NCBI GenBank assembly: GCA_964016885.1
Contig: OZ024742.1
Location: 191,952,001 to 192,016,000 of the forward strand
DNA from: Eledone cirrhosa
Taxonomy: Eukaryota
Direction of reading: 5' to 3'
Length of the DNA stretch: 64,000 bases
In this document: positions 29,316 through 42,823 of the stretch, piece by piece
How the letters are laid out: each line of letters begins with the position of its first letter
How positions within the stretch are numbered: the first letter of the stretch is position 1
Program-made: the position numbers and the translations under genes
Notes under the pieces: generated by a model
Told to the model about the DNA's origin: nothing
The model's input: the letters and a program-made list of their open reading frames with translations, nothing else
The model's database searches: none

Positions 29316-29862
29316 TTGACATGAATGCGCTGCGTGTTAGTATACGGATGCTCAGAACCTTGCTTAAATAGCCTGTTTCCAGAGGCTATTTTTTATTAGA
29401 CGCAAGAAAACAATGAATATGCCTCCAGATGAGAAAATGGCGGAAAACGTGAATCTGTAAAAGATATTACGTCATTATTACATTTTGAGTTATAATGTGC
29501 GGAAAGCGGATAAGAGAAATGACGCGAGAGGCAGAAACATTATAGATATATAGACAGTATATTGAGGTAGATGTTTATATAAAGATATTGGAAGCAGAGG
29601 AAGGGGTTGTGTATAAATATCATTAAAAGGGAGTGAGTGGAAGGGTTCGATTTTCGTTCTTTCACGACTAAAAGTGCACAAAAACTGTCGCTTTTGAAAA
29701 CTTCACGTGTGGCTGTATGCGTCTATTGTCACCGACACAGTTATACGCGTGTGTATGTGAGTGTGTGCTTGGTGTGTACTGTAATTTTAGTGTATGTGTG
29801 TATGTATCGACTGTATTTCTATGCATACATATTTATTTATGTATATAAAGACACAAACACAC

Positions 29863-29931
<69 letters not shown>

Positions 29932-29957
29932 TATATACATATGTGTTTGTGTCTCTA

Positions 29958-31830
29958 TAGAAGGATCTGCACAATAGTTTCAGATAAATACACATGCTAC
30001 ACACGACTAAAAGAATTGAAGAACACACCAATCAGCAGAAACTACCCACCATCCCTAATTAACAATGGATTCCAACAAGCCCTAAAGGTCAACATCCAGG
30101 AACTCAGACACGCCAAACCCAGGAAAGAATAGCAACAGAAAACTCTACCATACATCTCCACACACAACCCCTCAGCAATGAGGCATTCGACACCATCCTC
30201 TAGAACAGTGCTTCTCAAACTATCTGATGTGGCAGACCGGCATTTTTTTTTTCAATGTGCCACGTACCGCTAATATTTCGTAGTAATATTAATTTATACC
30301 GGAAACGATATATATAATGAATATAATAATAGTTGACCATTTTTTTTATCTTCTATTTATTTTGTAAACAAATAACACAATATCAAAACATAAAAAAGCA
30401 ATAAAAAAATTCCTCAAATGATTCCTTAGCATGGCCTGTACACTGGCTGCGTACCGGTAGCTGATGGCTCGCGTACCGGCACCGGTCCACGGACCACCAC
30501 ATTGAGTAGCACTGCTCTAGAACATTCTTTACTAAAAAGTGACCCAAGAATGAACAAAATCCTCCAAACACACAACATCATAAAGAGCAAAAGCCAACCT
30601 AAATCCATAAAAAAACATCCTCACACAAGCCAAAATCCAACGAACCCTCACAATGAACCCTACAGTAAATAAAATGCGGAAGGCCCAACTGTGGTATATA
30701 TGCATACATCTAATAGAATGTTCAACATTCCATTTTAAACAAGGACAACATTTCACAGTTCAATACAACTTTACATGTGCATCTGAAAATCTAATCTATG
30801 TTTTGACCTGCTCAGGTTGTCGAGAACACTACATAGGACAGACAAAAAACAGCCTCCGACAACGTATGACCGTCCATAGATCACAAATCAAAATACACGA
30901 ATACAGAAAGATTGCTTTTAGTGAACATATCGCCTATTATACAGCTAACCAACATCCAAACTTTAAAATTTTCCCCATTTACAAATTCATAGACAACGCT
31001 TTTTCATCCATCGTACCAATAAGGAAACGCACTTAATTAACAAATTCCAGCCTCTACTTAATGGACTAAACTTCGGACTAAACTAAAACTGGAACGAATA
31101 ATGAACCAAAGCCCAATTCCTATGTTATCTAAAGAGTTACCCTCCTTACACCCTACCTAATCTCTTTTCTTATATAAATGAATTGCCCCCTCTCATTTCT
31201 CTCTCCCCTACCTGACCACCCTGAAACACCTCCCCCTGCATATTAACTCTCTAAAAAGGGAAATAATATCAAACCCCAGACTACCATTTGCCTCCATTAT
31301 GGACCAACCAGGCGCTCTTGCCATAATAACACATTTTTGAACTGCTTATCCCCAAGAACTATGCCTGTAAATAATATTATTCTTTCTTTCCCATTACCTT
31401 AACATGTTCCACATCACCCCCTTTTTTTTCTTTTTTCTTTTTACTTCAAAAACCTTGTTTCTAAATAATATTAAACTTTCATTCCCATTTCCTTAACATG
31501 TTCAACATCACATTATTTTCTCTCCAACATTTTATACCAATACAAATTCCCCCATTTGATAATGCATAAAATGCTGACACCGGTAATAGACAATTATTAA
31601 ATAAATAAATAAATAAATAAATAAATGCCATTGTTAAGTAATACATAAATTAACTAACACTTCCCACGAAGTAATACTTCACACAAAGTAAAATATTTTG
31701 TTTTAAACATTTTCTAACCCAGAAAAAAGAGAAAAAAATAAAAGGAAAAAATATATTTTTCTTCCTTATAATCCCTATTTTCATATATATATGTATTCAA
31801 ACTCGTGTGCTCCTTCTCCACATTTTATAA
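29958..31830 (+). mobile_element. 5'-truncated Penelope-like (Neptune-type) element: thumb + GIY-YIG endonuclease + 3' UTR
   Basis: RRICTIVS..RLKELK..RNYP thumb; NLIYVLTCSGCREHYIGQTKNSLRQRMTVHRSQI GIY-YIG (30653-31036); decayed hammerhead near 31555-31592; interrupted by a hAT MITE. Confidence 0.88.
30206..30514. mobile_element. hAT-Charlie/Buster-type MITE
   Basis: TIRs CAGTGCTTCTCAA / TTGAGTAGCACTG and an exact 8-bp TSD CTCTAGAA (30198-30205, 30515-30522), matching the NTCTAGAN Charlie target. Confidence 0.95.
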
Positions 31831-31831
31831 T

Positions 31832-31906
<75 letters not shown>

Positions 31907-32125
31907 AATGGAAGTACAGCATATTGGAAGTTCGAGCCGCAGCTAAGCCGACGAATGCATTCAGAAGTACAGCCAAGCACTCGACAAGGTAAAAAACCTC
32001 AGAGTAATGACATACAGTTTAAAGGGCTTTGCAAATTGAAGATAACGACCGGTAATTCAGCCGCGGGGTCCGTAGCAACGAAAGAACTGACTCGCGAGAA
32101 AAAATACATACATATATACATACAT

Positions 32126-32157
<32 letters not shown>

Positions 32158-32173
32158 TTATATTTATTATTAT

Positions 32174-32224
<51 letters not shown>

Positions 32225-32225
<1 letters not shown>

Positions 32226-32615
32226 GAGAGCAATCCCAAAAGTAAGGTCTCCTTCCGATATTGCAACCTTTCCGTGAAAATCCTGTGGATGGTGCTTCGG
32301 GAAACCTCAGGAACCAAAATGCAGAGAACATCCAGAGTGATTCGCCGATCTTTACGCATGTCTTCTCGGAAGGAGACCTTACTTTTGGGATTGCCCTCTA
32401 TATAATAACTGCGCGAAATTCGCACTTGGCGATAGCGTTCAACGGGAGCTCCATTCTCAACGGCTGCCCAGCCAAGATTGAACATCCCAACGAAGCGCGC
32501 GCATGCTTGTTTGGGAGTGAAGGAACCACCAATCACAACAGTGTTGCCAACAGCCGTACGAACAGTTTCTCTGCGTCGCCATCGCTTTGGAGACCTTACT
32601 TTTGGGATTACCCGC

Positions 32616-32616
<1 letters not shown>
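32225..32616 (-). mobile_element. Internally deleted mariner with three TIR copies
   Basis: TIR CGAGRGCAATCCCAAAAGTAAGGTCTCC at 32225-32252 and inverted at 32372-32399 and 32589-32616, TA-flanked; transposase pieces MELPLNAIAKCEFRAVI and DRRITLD..VSRSTIHRIF.ERLQYRK (HTH). Confidence 0.88.
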
Positions 32617-32652
<36 letters not shown>

Positions 32653-33035
32653 AATGTATACAATGTATTTGGACCAAATCTGTGTCAGTTCTCTTTCAAA
32701 GATAGCAGAATAGCACAACGAGTACAACAACATATATAAAACTCAGGCACATGCAAACAATCCTCGCCTCTTTAAAAACCTAACTGTAGGTTACGTAGCA
32801 GCCCAGTTTTGTTGCATATGTTTCAATCCTGTTCCACCGTTTCTTTCGCAAGTGTTTTGTTGCATAACGCAGAAGACCGTTTTTCGCGTTATAGGTTTTT
32901 TGTCCACGTTATGCTCATTTTTGTAGTTGTGAATGAAAATGCACGCAAAATCGGTCCACATACATTAAATATTTTAATCTACGAATCTATCTCTCTTCCC
33001 TTCTCTTTTTCCATCTTTATCTTTCTTTCTTTCTT

Positions 33036-33099
<64 letters not shown>

Positions 33100-34656
33100 G
33101 TTATGTCTCTCTTTTATTATATTTCTCTCTGCATTACTCTCCATGTCCCCTCAAAATGCCACACCGCTTGTTTTTCTCTGACCAGCTCTCCTGGTGCAAT
33201 CATTACCTGTATTTCGTATCTCATTCTATTAATCTTTCTTTCTTCCCTCGTTGAACGTTTTACTCTGTCTTCCACTTGGGTCTTATTTTTTTCAGCTCCT
33301 CCCTGGTCTCACTTTTCTTTCAACCGCCGGTTTCTTTTTCTAACCGACACTCCTCATTCTATTATTATCTGGTCGTAAAGGCTAATGATACTCTCCCTCC
33401 AGTGTTTTACCTCCTGCTCCAGTGTACTTATTTTATTTATATTCGAAAATATCAGTTCTGTTCTCATTGCTATTCTTATAGAGATAATTTCCGTGGGTGG
33501 TTCGGCATTCTTAATAGTGTATTGCCTCATTCTACTTTATTCTACTTTATATTCGTTTCTCGTTTTGTCTAATTGCTAGTGGCTTGAGTCTTATAAGCCT
33601 TTGCAACCATATGTCCGATTCTACCGTATGCATCAACATCGGTTTGTTGCAGAACTGATTCTTTCATGAAAAGAAGAGTGCAATAAATAGAAGAATCGAC
33701 TCCATTACTGCTACTTTATTTACTAAAAAGATCTAAAGATGGTCTCAAGTCAGAATGCCCATTAGGACGATTATTATCCCAGTTTCATGGCCTGAAGCGA
33801 CAGAGAGTACATGACACTCCCTGGATAGGTTGCCAGTCAATGGCAGAGTTTAACCCCTAGCTATTGCTGCTACCCGTTTTCAGCTGAGGTTACTGGAGCA
33901 ACGTGAAATGAAGTGTTTTTTTCAAAAACACCAAACATAACCCAGTCCAGGAATCGAACTCTGGACATTATGATCGTAAGCCCAACACCAACACACTTAC
34001 CACTAGGCCACACGCCTCCACTATTTACTTTAATGATCTCTAAATGATAAAACCAAATATTTAATATCATATCGTAGTAGAGCCGATATAAATACCGAGA
34101 CGCTTAATTCGACATATTAACGATTCTGCGTGTATATAATATAGATATATTATAATTTGTATACTTAATATCACATATCTTCTGTTCATAATATAGAAGT
34201 AAATAGAAGACGATGAGGGCGCAGACTTGTTAGAACATCGAATAGAAAACATTAGGGCATATCTGCACTCTGTGTTCAAATCCCACCGAAGTCAATGTTC
34301 CCTTTCATTATTTGGAGGCTGAATATGGCGGTGGACTGGCAGTATCGGTAGAACGTCGGACACCAGGCTTTGCAACATAGAGTTACGGTCCTTTATGATC
34401 TGAGTTCAAATCCCGCCGAGGTTAGCTTTGATTTTCATTCTTACAGGGTCCATAAATTAAAGCACCAGTAATGCACTGTTATCGATTTAATCTACTTTCC
34501 CTTCCCCCAAAATTGCTGGCCTTGAGCCTATAGTAGAAATCATTATTTGAAGGCTGAATAACAAAGCAACAATGCAGTAGTGATGTATATTCTTCATCAT
34601 CTTCTTCTTGTTAACTTTTTTCTTATTGTTCATAATTTTTTCTTCTTCTTCTTCTT

Positions 34657-34749
<93 letters not shown>

Positions 34750-34750
<1 letters not shown>

Positions 34751-35622
34751 CTTGAATCTCAGTCATTGATGTTGGTTAACTGGAAAGTCCGTTGGATTGA
34801 ATATCAAGCCACTACCTGCAGCCTCAGATATTCAGGACGTATCGGAGGGTTCTTGCTGTTCCAAGCAAGCATGCCTTTTGAAGCGTTCCAAAAAGCGTGA
34901 AGGGGCCGATTTTCTTTAACCATCCCTGGAAACTTTTGGAGATAGTCCCCAGTGCGCCTATGACAATCGGGATCACTTTGACTTCATGGCAGTTCCAAAT
35001 CCTTTTCACCTCCCACTTTAGGTCCTGGTATCGGTTAATTTTCTCCCTCTCCTTCTCTTGCACTCTCGTGTCGAACGGGCAGGCCACATCCACAATCAGA
35101 CACGATCTTTTTTCTTTGTCCACAACCACCAGGTCAGGTCTATTGTGTTCCAGTTTTTTGTCCGTCTGTATCCTAAAATCCCACAGCACCTTCACCTGAT
35201 TGTTCTCCATCACCGCCTCTGGCCTATGCTCATACCATTTCTCAGAATGTGGTAAATTGTTTACTTTGCACAGGTGCCAGTGGATCACCCTGCCCATCAC
35301 ATCGTGTCTCCAGCCCTTATAGTGGGTCTGGGCTAGGTGTTTACACTCGGACACAATGTGAGCCACAGTCTCCTCTCTCTCTCTCCACAGATCCTGCACA
35401 GTGGGCTAGCCTCCTCCTTGTAAATATGGTGCTTCAACCACTTCGTTTTGAGGGCCTGCTCCTGCGCAGCCATTAGCATTCCTTCTGTAGCCTTTTTGAG
35501 GTCTCCTCTTCTCAACCAGTTCCATGTCTGTGGATCTCTAAATTCAGTTTTCTCAAAGAAGGTACTATGAAGGGATTTTCCCTTAAGGCTGCTCTTCCTC
35601 CTTGATGTTATTTCCTCCTTGG
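34750..35622 (-). mobile_element. 5'-truncated second copy of the same R4/Dong LINE (RLE domain + 3' UTR)
   Basis: Closely similar to 35683-36556 with scattered substitutions; flanked on both sides by (TTA)n tracts (34686-34749, 35625-35662). Confidence 0.93.
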
Positions 35623-35624
35623 AC

Positions 35625-35665
<41 letters not shown>

Positions 35666-35682
35666 ATTATTGTTGTTATTAC

Positions 35683-38600
35683 TCTTTGAGTCTCAGTCAT
35701 TGCTGTTAGTTAACTGGAAAGTTTGTTGAAATGAATATTAAGCCACTACCTGCAGTCTCAGATATTCAGGACGTATCGGAGGGTTCTTGCTGTTCCCAGC
35801 AAGCATGCCTTTTGAAGCGTTCCAAAAAGCGTGAAATGGCCAATTTTCTTTAACCATCCCTGGAAACTTTTTGAGATAGTCCCTAGTGCGCCTATGACAA
35901 TCGGGATCACTTTGACTTCATGGCAGTTCCAAATCCTTTTTACCTCCCACTTTAAGTCCTGGTATCGGTTAATTTTCTCCCTCTCCTTCTCTTGCACTCT
36001 CGTGTCGAATGGGCAGGCCACGTCCACAATCAGGCACGATCTTTTTACTTTGTCCAAAACCACCAGGTCAGGTCTATTTTGTTCCAGTTTATTGTCCGTC
36101 TGTATCCTAAAATCCCACAGCACCTTCACCTGATCGTTTTCTATCACCGCCTCTGGCGTATGCTCATACCACTTCTTAGAATGTGGTAAATTGTTTACTT
36201 TGCACAGGTGCCAGTAGATCACCCTGCCCATCACATCATGTCTCCAGCCCTTATAGTGAGTCTGGGCTAGGTGTTTACACTCGGATACAATGTGAGCCAC
36301 AGTCTCCTCTCTCTCTCTCCACAGATCCTGCACAGTGGGCTAGCCTCCTCCTTGTAAATGTGGTGTTTCAACCACTTCGTTTTGAGGGACTGCTCCTGCG
36401 CAGCCATTAACATTCCTTCTGTAGCCTTTTTAAGGTCTCCTCTTTTCAACCAGTTCCATGTCTGTGGATCTCTAAATTCAGTTCTCTCAAAGAAGGTACT
36501 ATGAAGGGATTATTCCTGAAGGCTGCTCTTTCTCCTTGATGTTATTTCCTCCTTGAACATCCCCTGGCCTATTGTCCCCTCCTTCAGTACAGTTCTGAGC
36601 ATTGGCTCCGTACTATCAGTCACGTATTTGTGTAGGTTGTTTTTCTCCATCTGAACACAGTCCTCTATGCTGATAAGACCACTTCCACCCTCAGATCTCC
36701 TTAAGTAGAGTCTATCGATATCACTCCTCTTGTGTAACATGTTGTAGATAGTCAATAGCTTCCTAGTCTTCCTATCCATTTTTTTTGTTCAGCAACATTC
36801 CATCTCAGAATTCGCGCACTGTACCTAATAATAGACACAGCTCGGGAATTTACTGCACTTATGGCATTCCTACTGTTCAGATGTGACTTTAATACGCTCC
36901 TTAGTCTCCGAAGGTATTCAGTTCTTATCAATTCCTTCATTTTTTTGTTCTTGATGTCATCAGCCTCCAGAACGCCCAAATACTTGTATCCCTCCTCAGA
37001 GTCAATTTCCTTTATCATCTCACCTGTTGTTATCTGGATTCCGTTACTTCTGCTCAACTTACTCCTCCTCATCACAATGACTCCACACTTACTAATACCA
37101 AATTGCATACATATATCATTGCTGAAAATACGGACAGTGTCAACAAGCACATCCAACTCCTTCTCACTCTTCCCGAAGAGCTTAAGATCGTCCATGAAGA
37201 GGAGGTGATTGCTGGTAAGCCCTCCCTTTCCCAACCTGTATCCTGCCCTCACTTTTCGCAGTACACTGGTCAGGGGCATCAGGGCAACGACAAACAACAG
37301 AGGGGACAGACAATCTCCCTGGAAGATACCTCTCTTGATCTTCACGCTTCCCAAGGATTCTCCAGTTGATGTTAACTCTGTTTCCCAGGACTTCATACTT
37401 TTGCCCAACAACTGTCTGATGTTATCTGCCACCTTGAAGATCTCCAGGCTTTTGGTGATCCAAGAATGTGGCACCTTTTTGTAGTCTATCCATCCCATGG
37501 CAAGACCTGTGTGTCTCCTCTTGCAATTCCTCATTACCATCTTATCAATAAGTAACTGGTCCTTTGTACCACGTGACTTCTTTCGGCATTCTTTCTGTTC
37601 GTCCGGTAACAAGTTGTTTGTGTGGAGGTGATGGTAGATTTCCTCAGAAATAATGATTGTCAACAGTTTCCACATTACGGACAGATATGTGATAGGTCTA
37701 TAGTTGGTAACATCATTACCCTTGATTCGGTCTTTCATTATCAGAACTGTGGTACCTTTTGTCAACCACTCTGGTACCTCACCTGACATCAAGCAGTCAT
37801 TGAACATGGTTGTCAGTTTCGGGTGGAGGGATGTTATGTTTTTAATCCAATACCCCTGCACACCATCTGGGCCAGGTGATTTCCAGTTGGTTAGATTTGT
37901 GGCCTGCCCCTTAAGAGTTTCAACTGTGATACTCAAATCAGTTTGTTGGTGTGCCTGTTCACTAATCTCCTTCTGTACTGTCTCAATCCACACTGCCTGG
38001 TCATTATGTTTAACATCCTGCTCCCATATTCCTCTCCAGAATGTTTTAGTTTGTTCCGCCTCAGAGATCATGTCGTTGCCTCTTTCTTTCCCTTCAAGCT
38101 GTCCAAACAGCATCTTCTGGTTGTTGTCGAACATGCGGTTCTGTCTATATTTACTGACTCTGTTCTCGTATCGCCTGATTTTTGCACTCTTTGCTACAAT
38201 GCGTTGATTCAGTTCCTCTATGATAATATTTAGCTTTTTCCTCCTAGTTTTGTACTTTATTTTCAGTCTATTTTTAGTATCTATGTTTTTTAGTGTCCCA
38301 TTCAGTAGGGACTCAAGCTTTCCAATGTCATTTCTCATTTCCCTGATTTGACCACTCAGTCGTTTCTTCCACTGTTGTTTCCTCTCGCTTTTATACCAAG
38401 TAGTTTCCTCACCGTATTTGCTGTTGCTTTGAGGATATTGTTGCACTGGTGAAGGCTCCTCGCCTCAAGGTATGGGATGACTTTGTTTACCTTAGCTGTT
38501 GTTACTTTTAACTTTTTCCTGTCTACAAATCTTAGGTTCATAAGTCTCCCACTATCATTGTTCAATTCATCTACCACTAAGTTTAGGATGTCAACCAAAT

Positions 38601-39197
38601 CTTGTCCTAGCCCGTCAGCATTCATCTCCTCAGTGGCCGTATCTCTGTTCCAGGTATTATTTATCTCAGCATTCAGATCATTGTCTGCTTCGGGTGGTTC
38701 CTCCGTTCTCTCGACCTCTTCACCTCCATTTCCCACTGGCTCGTTTGCCTGGCTTACTCCACCCTCCATCTCCAAGCTAATCTCTCTGCTCAGTTCCTCC
38801 AGTTCCAGCTCGCTTATCCACCCATTAGTTCTTATTACCCGAGCCTGCCCGGCCAGTTTTTGTTCATCTAATTTAAATGGACCAATCTCGTTCCAGATGT
38901 TATGCATCCTTTTCCTATAGCCCTTCTCCTTGGGGTTACTGTTCAGGTAACATTGCATAACAGTTCTATTCAATTATTTCGTCCAGTTGGTTCTGGTCCC
39001 TTTCCTTCTTCTTCCTCTGACACAAGCAGTATTTGGTTGACAGCCAGGTCCCTGCTGTTGAGCCAGGGAGCACCTGTTGGGTGGGAGTCTGTCACATGAC
39101 ATTCTAGTCTCCTTTTCACCGTTATTCGAACTGTTTAGGTTCGACATTTAAACACTCTTATCGAGGATTGGCGAATGTATGGTTACATAACCACCTG
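35683..39197 (-). mobile_element. Near full-length, inactivated R4/Dong-clade non-LTR retrotransposon (RT + CCHC + restriction-like endonuclease)
   Basis: N-terminal GYRKRM..IW..EQKL..QAR motif (38356-38973); RT with KSPGPDG, NYRPI, RGIFQGDCLSPLLF, FMDDLK, YKYLG (36752-38446); CRICG..ETVAHIVSEC knuckle and RHD/PDLVV/K..Y RLE motifs (35758-36449); short 3' UTR abutting (TAA)n. Frameshifts, an in-frame stop near 36510 and loss of the usual AYDx residues in WIDYKK-VPH. Confidence 0.93.
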
Positions 39198-40311
39198 TCA
39201 ATTACTCGTCTCCGGTGGTTTCGTCACTCCTCGTGACTTTTGTGTGGCATTATCACGCTGTAGACGAACCCAAATAAACAAACAAACAAACAGGCAGAAA
39301 AAACCCCAAAAATGAATAAGCATAAGTTTCATTGTAATGTAGTGTTTGAATGTCTGATTTAGTTTTTCCCTTCCCTTCTCTGTCCGTCCGTTTGTTTTTC
39401 TCTTCATTTTTATTTCCTTTACGTTTTTCATTGTTACTGTGCTGCTTTGATTTTGATTTTTGTTTTTTTTTGATTTTGACCGAGTCATCAATTCAGTCTA
39501 TTTGTATATTTTGATGCCTTCCTCTTTTAATGAGAATTCTACAATGTAGCAGGGGCTAGCGGGAGAGAATAGCGGCGGTAGTGATAATGACGCAGCGGTG
39601 GCGGCGGTGGTGGCGGTGCTGTGCTAGCAGCAACTAGCAGGAGGTAGTGGGAGAGAATAGCGGCGGTAGCGATAATGAGGCAGTGGTGGTGGTGATGTGG
39701 TCGTATTACTGTAATGATGCTGTTGAAGATGGAGTAGAAATTTGAGTCGGCTTGACCAGAGTTTTCATCGTGGTAGTGGTGGTGGTATTGGTGGTGAAAT
39801 TATATTTAGTGAAATTATCATTAGTCGCGTATATGTGTTGACATATTTTCTTAATATTGGAATTAAACATTTTGTTAACACTAAAACTTGAGGCGATAAT
39901 AATAGTAATTATTATTATTATGTTGAGATTGGTGGTGGTGGTGGTGAAATTGCCGTTATCTGGCTGTTGTGTTTAGTGTACACAGAGGGGTGATGGGGTA
40001 GGTGGTGTATCTAGTTTCTGATGTTGGTGAAATTGTTGTTATTTGGCTGTTCTATATAGTGTAGACAGAGGGGGTTTTCTTCCATTTATAACCATTTTCT
40101 TTTTTGAATATAAAATGTATAATACAAAATTGAATATTTGAGCGATATAACAATATATTATGGATCCGAATTTTTTGGGACTCAAGCCGGACCTTTTATG
40201 CAACATTTGTACTAAGAATTGTTATTTCACAATTGATTTAAATATGTTAAAAAATCAAAACTTACGGGAGCGATTTCTCGACCTTCTATCCACCATGTGT
40301 GTCTCCTTCCC

Positions 40312-40377
<66 letters not shown>

Positions 40378-40462
40378 GTCTTCTTCTTCTTCTTCTTCTT
40401 CTTCTTCTTCTTCTTCTTCTTCTTCTTCTTCTTCTTCTTCTTCTTCTTCTTCTTCTTCTTCT
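40312..40462 (+). repeat. Compound (TTA)n(CTT)n microsatellite; representative of the many (TA)n, (CA)n, (CT)n and (ACT)n tracts
   Basis: Directly visible. Confidence 0.98.
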
Positions 40463-41412
40463 TTTTCATCTTCTTTCGTAATTAAACCTGGAGAGGTATT
40501 AGCGTCGCCGTGTTCAAAATGTTTAAAACTCGTCGTATGACGGCGCCCTCTACGATTTCATCAGGAACTATGAGATCAGTGAATTAATATAACTAAATAT
40601 ATTACAGTTTATGCAACATAAATTAGTCAGTGTTTTTTGTGACAGAAAAAAAAGCAGAATTAATGAGGAAACACAAAAACAAGTTGTAAGGATGGAGATA
40701 ATTGGTGGGAGAAATCATTATATTAAATCAATGTAGAAAATATAATGATACAAAAAATATCTTAGCCCAAAATATATCTGATAAAAGTTTGATTTTGATA
40801 AAGTATGATGGCTTCCCATGGATTTCTTTCACTAATTCTCTTAACTTATTTAATGATATTATTATTAAATGCTGTTGTTTTTCTGTTTGCTGTTACTGTT
40901 GTTAGGTGTTGTTGTAGTTGTAGCAACTGCTTTTGTTTTCGTTCTTACTGGTGTTAATATTTTTGGTGTTGGTGGTGGTGGTGGTGGTGGAGTTTTTCTG
41001 GTAATGGTAACATCATTGTTGTTGTTGGTGATGATGCTTTTTCTTCATGATTTACGTGTCAAATTTTAGAAATATTAATATGTACAAAAATACACGTATG
41101 CATGTGCGAGTATGTGTAATCCTGCATGCGCCTATGCGTGTTTGCGTGTATATATTCGAATATATTATGTGCGTGCATGAATCCATGCATGTGTGTTTGC
41201 TGTTTATAATGTGCGTGTGGATATATATTAATCGGTAAACATGTTTTGGTACTTAAGAATACGAAGGCGAGCTTTTGCATGTGTGTATGCTTGTGTGCGT
41301 GCACACACGTCATTGTTTGTGTGCCTTTGTGATTTGTAAGCGTGCTTGCGTGTCTTTATGCACGCGTATATATGTGCATGTATGTGTGTTTGCGAGTCTT
41401 TTATATATGTGA

Positions 41413-41479
<67 letters not shown>

Positions 41480-41481
<2 letters not shown>

Positions 41482-41752
41482 TGAGATTCTACAGGACTAG
41501 AACTGTTTCATTCTTCAGAAATCATCAGGAATCTGGGTATCAAAAAATAAATATGGTAATTATAGGTCTCTTCACCTGAAGCGACCTATAAATACCATAT
41601 TTATTTTTTGATACCCAGATTCCTGATGATTTCTAAAGAATGAAACAGTTCTCGTCCTGTAGAATCTCATCTATATCAAAACGTTTATACTCTGTAATGT
41701 ATTGAGTACCTTACTTACTGTGGTTACCTCCAATTCAACCCGGAATAACGTA
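41480..41752 (+). mobile_element. Family F fold-back element
   Basis: Near-perfect hairpin 41480-41671 plus a tail ending GGAATAACG|TA; second copy 62525-62732 has the same ends and a shorter hairpin. Confidence 0.9.
41617..41667 (+). ncRNA. Type I hammerhead ribozyme motif (family F)
   Basis: AGATTC-CTGATGA-tTTCTAAAGAAt-GAAA-CAG(loop)CTG-TA-GAATCT; antisense twin at 41484-41534; same pair at 62530-62646. Confidence 0.8.
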
Positions 41753-42505
41753 TATATATATATATTCATTTATATTAAGGCAAAAACGTGAATCTTGTTA
41801 TCCTGTGGTAAACAGGCGAAACTCCTAAGTAACAAGGCTCAAGTTTTAACCTAATATAAATGAATATTAAAATTGAAATTCTACTTCGGTATTGAACGCT
41901 ATTTTCTTTCAGCTGTCAACCACGTACATATATATATATGTGTGTGTGTGCGTGTGTGTGTGCGTGCGTGTGTGTGTGTGTGTTTACATTATACATATAT
42001 ATACATATATAAATATATATATATACATATATATATGGGAGGACGTGTGTGTATGCGTGTGTTTAAAGATGGCCGAATTGATAAGCTTGCACTCCAATGG
42101 GTCAAAGTTGTTGGAGTTGATATACGGTCATTTGTTACTTCCACTAAATCTGTGACCCCTTTCTGCTCCTCAATCTGTAGATTTAAACAGTTATGTAATA
42201 ACACATACACACACTCACCTATATACACTCACCTACATACACCCACACATATACACGCACCTACATGCACTCAACTACATACACACTCACTTGTTGGATC
42301 TTGTATCTGCTATCACGATTTAATCTTCTACTTCTTCGTTCAACAGAACTAATTATTGATTAACTTATAGAGAAATCTAGCCGTGTGTTCCATAGACAGG
42401 TGACCTCCTAACGTAATACTATTGTAGAATCTATGTAACACAATGTGGGACACACTATATGACATAGTGTCTGATACTCTGTGACATATGGTGCAAATAG
42501 ATAAG

Positions 42506-42823
42506 TACGAAGGTGGACTGAAAAATTCATAAAGGAGTAATGCTAGTGCTGCGAAATTTCACCACTTATTGATAACTGCATTGTTTCTTTCCAGTGACTA
42601 TATCTAGAAATAATCTTCGTATGGTCATTCCATGAGAGTATCTTGGTCAGACTATGAAGCAGTGATGCTAGAGCTGTGATATCTTGCATGTATTAATTTC
42701 AAGGTTCCTTATCAATAACTATATTTTTTTTATTTTCAAGGATTATGTTGAAAAATTAACATCATTCGGTCATTCCATGAGAGTATCTTGGTCACTCCAG
42801 TAATTTTTCAGCCGACACTCATA
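42506..42823. mobile_element. Old mariner-derived MITE
   Basis: Degenerate TIRs TACGAAGGTGGACTGAAAAATT / AATTTTTCAGCCGACACTCATA; internal repeat GGTCATTCCATGAGAGTATCTTGGTCA twice. Confidence 0.6.

Noticed and set aside
29430-29530. YY1-like AAAATGGCGG and CRE-like TTACGTCA as a promoter
   Set aside because: No linked exon or other support.
37209-38920. Plus-strand ORFs over the LINE
   Set aside because: Antisense shadows of the RT reading frame.
40530-40570. Minus-strand CTGATGA with a TCGTA/TACGA stem; overlapping CTCF-like GCGCCCTCTA (similar at 43525)
   Set aside because: No GAAA or stem III; short motif matches are not distinguishable from chance.
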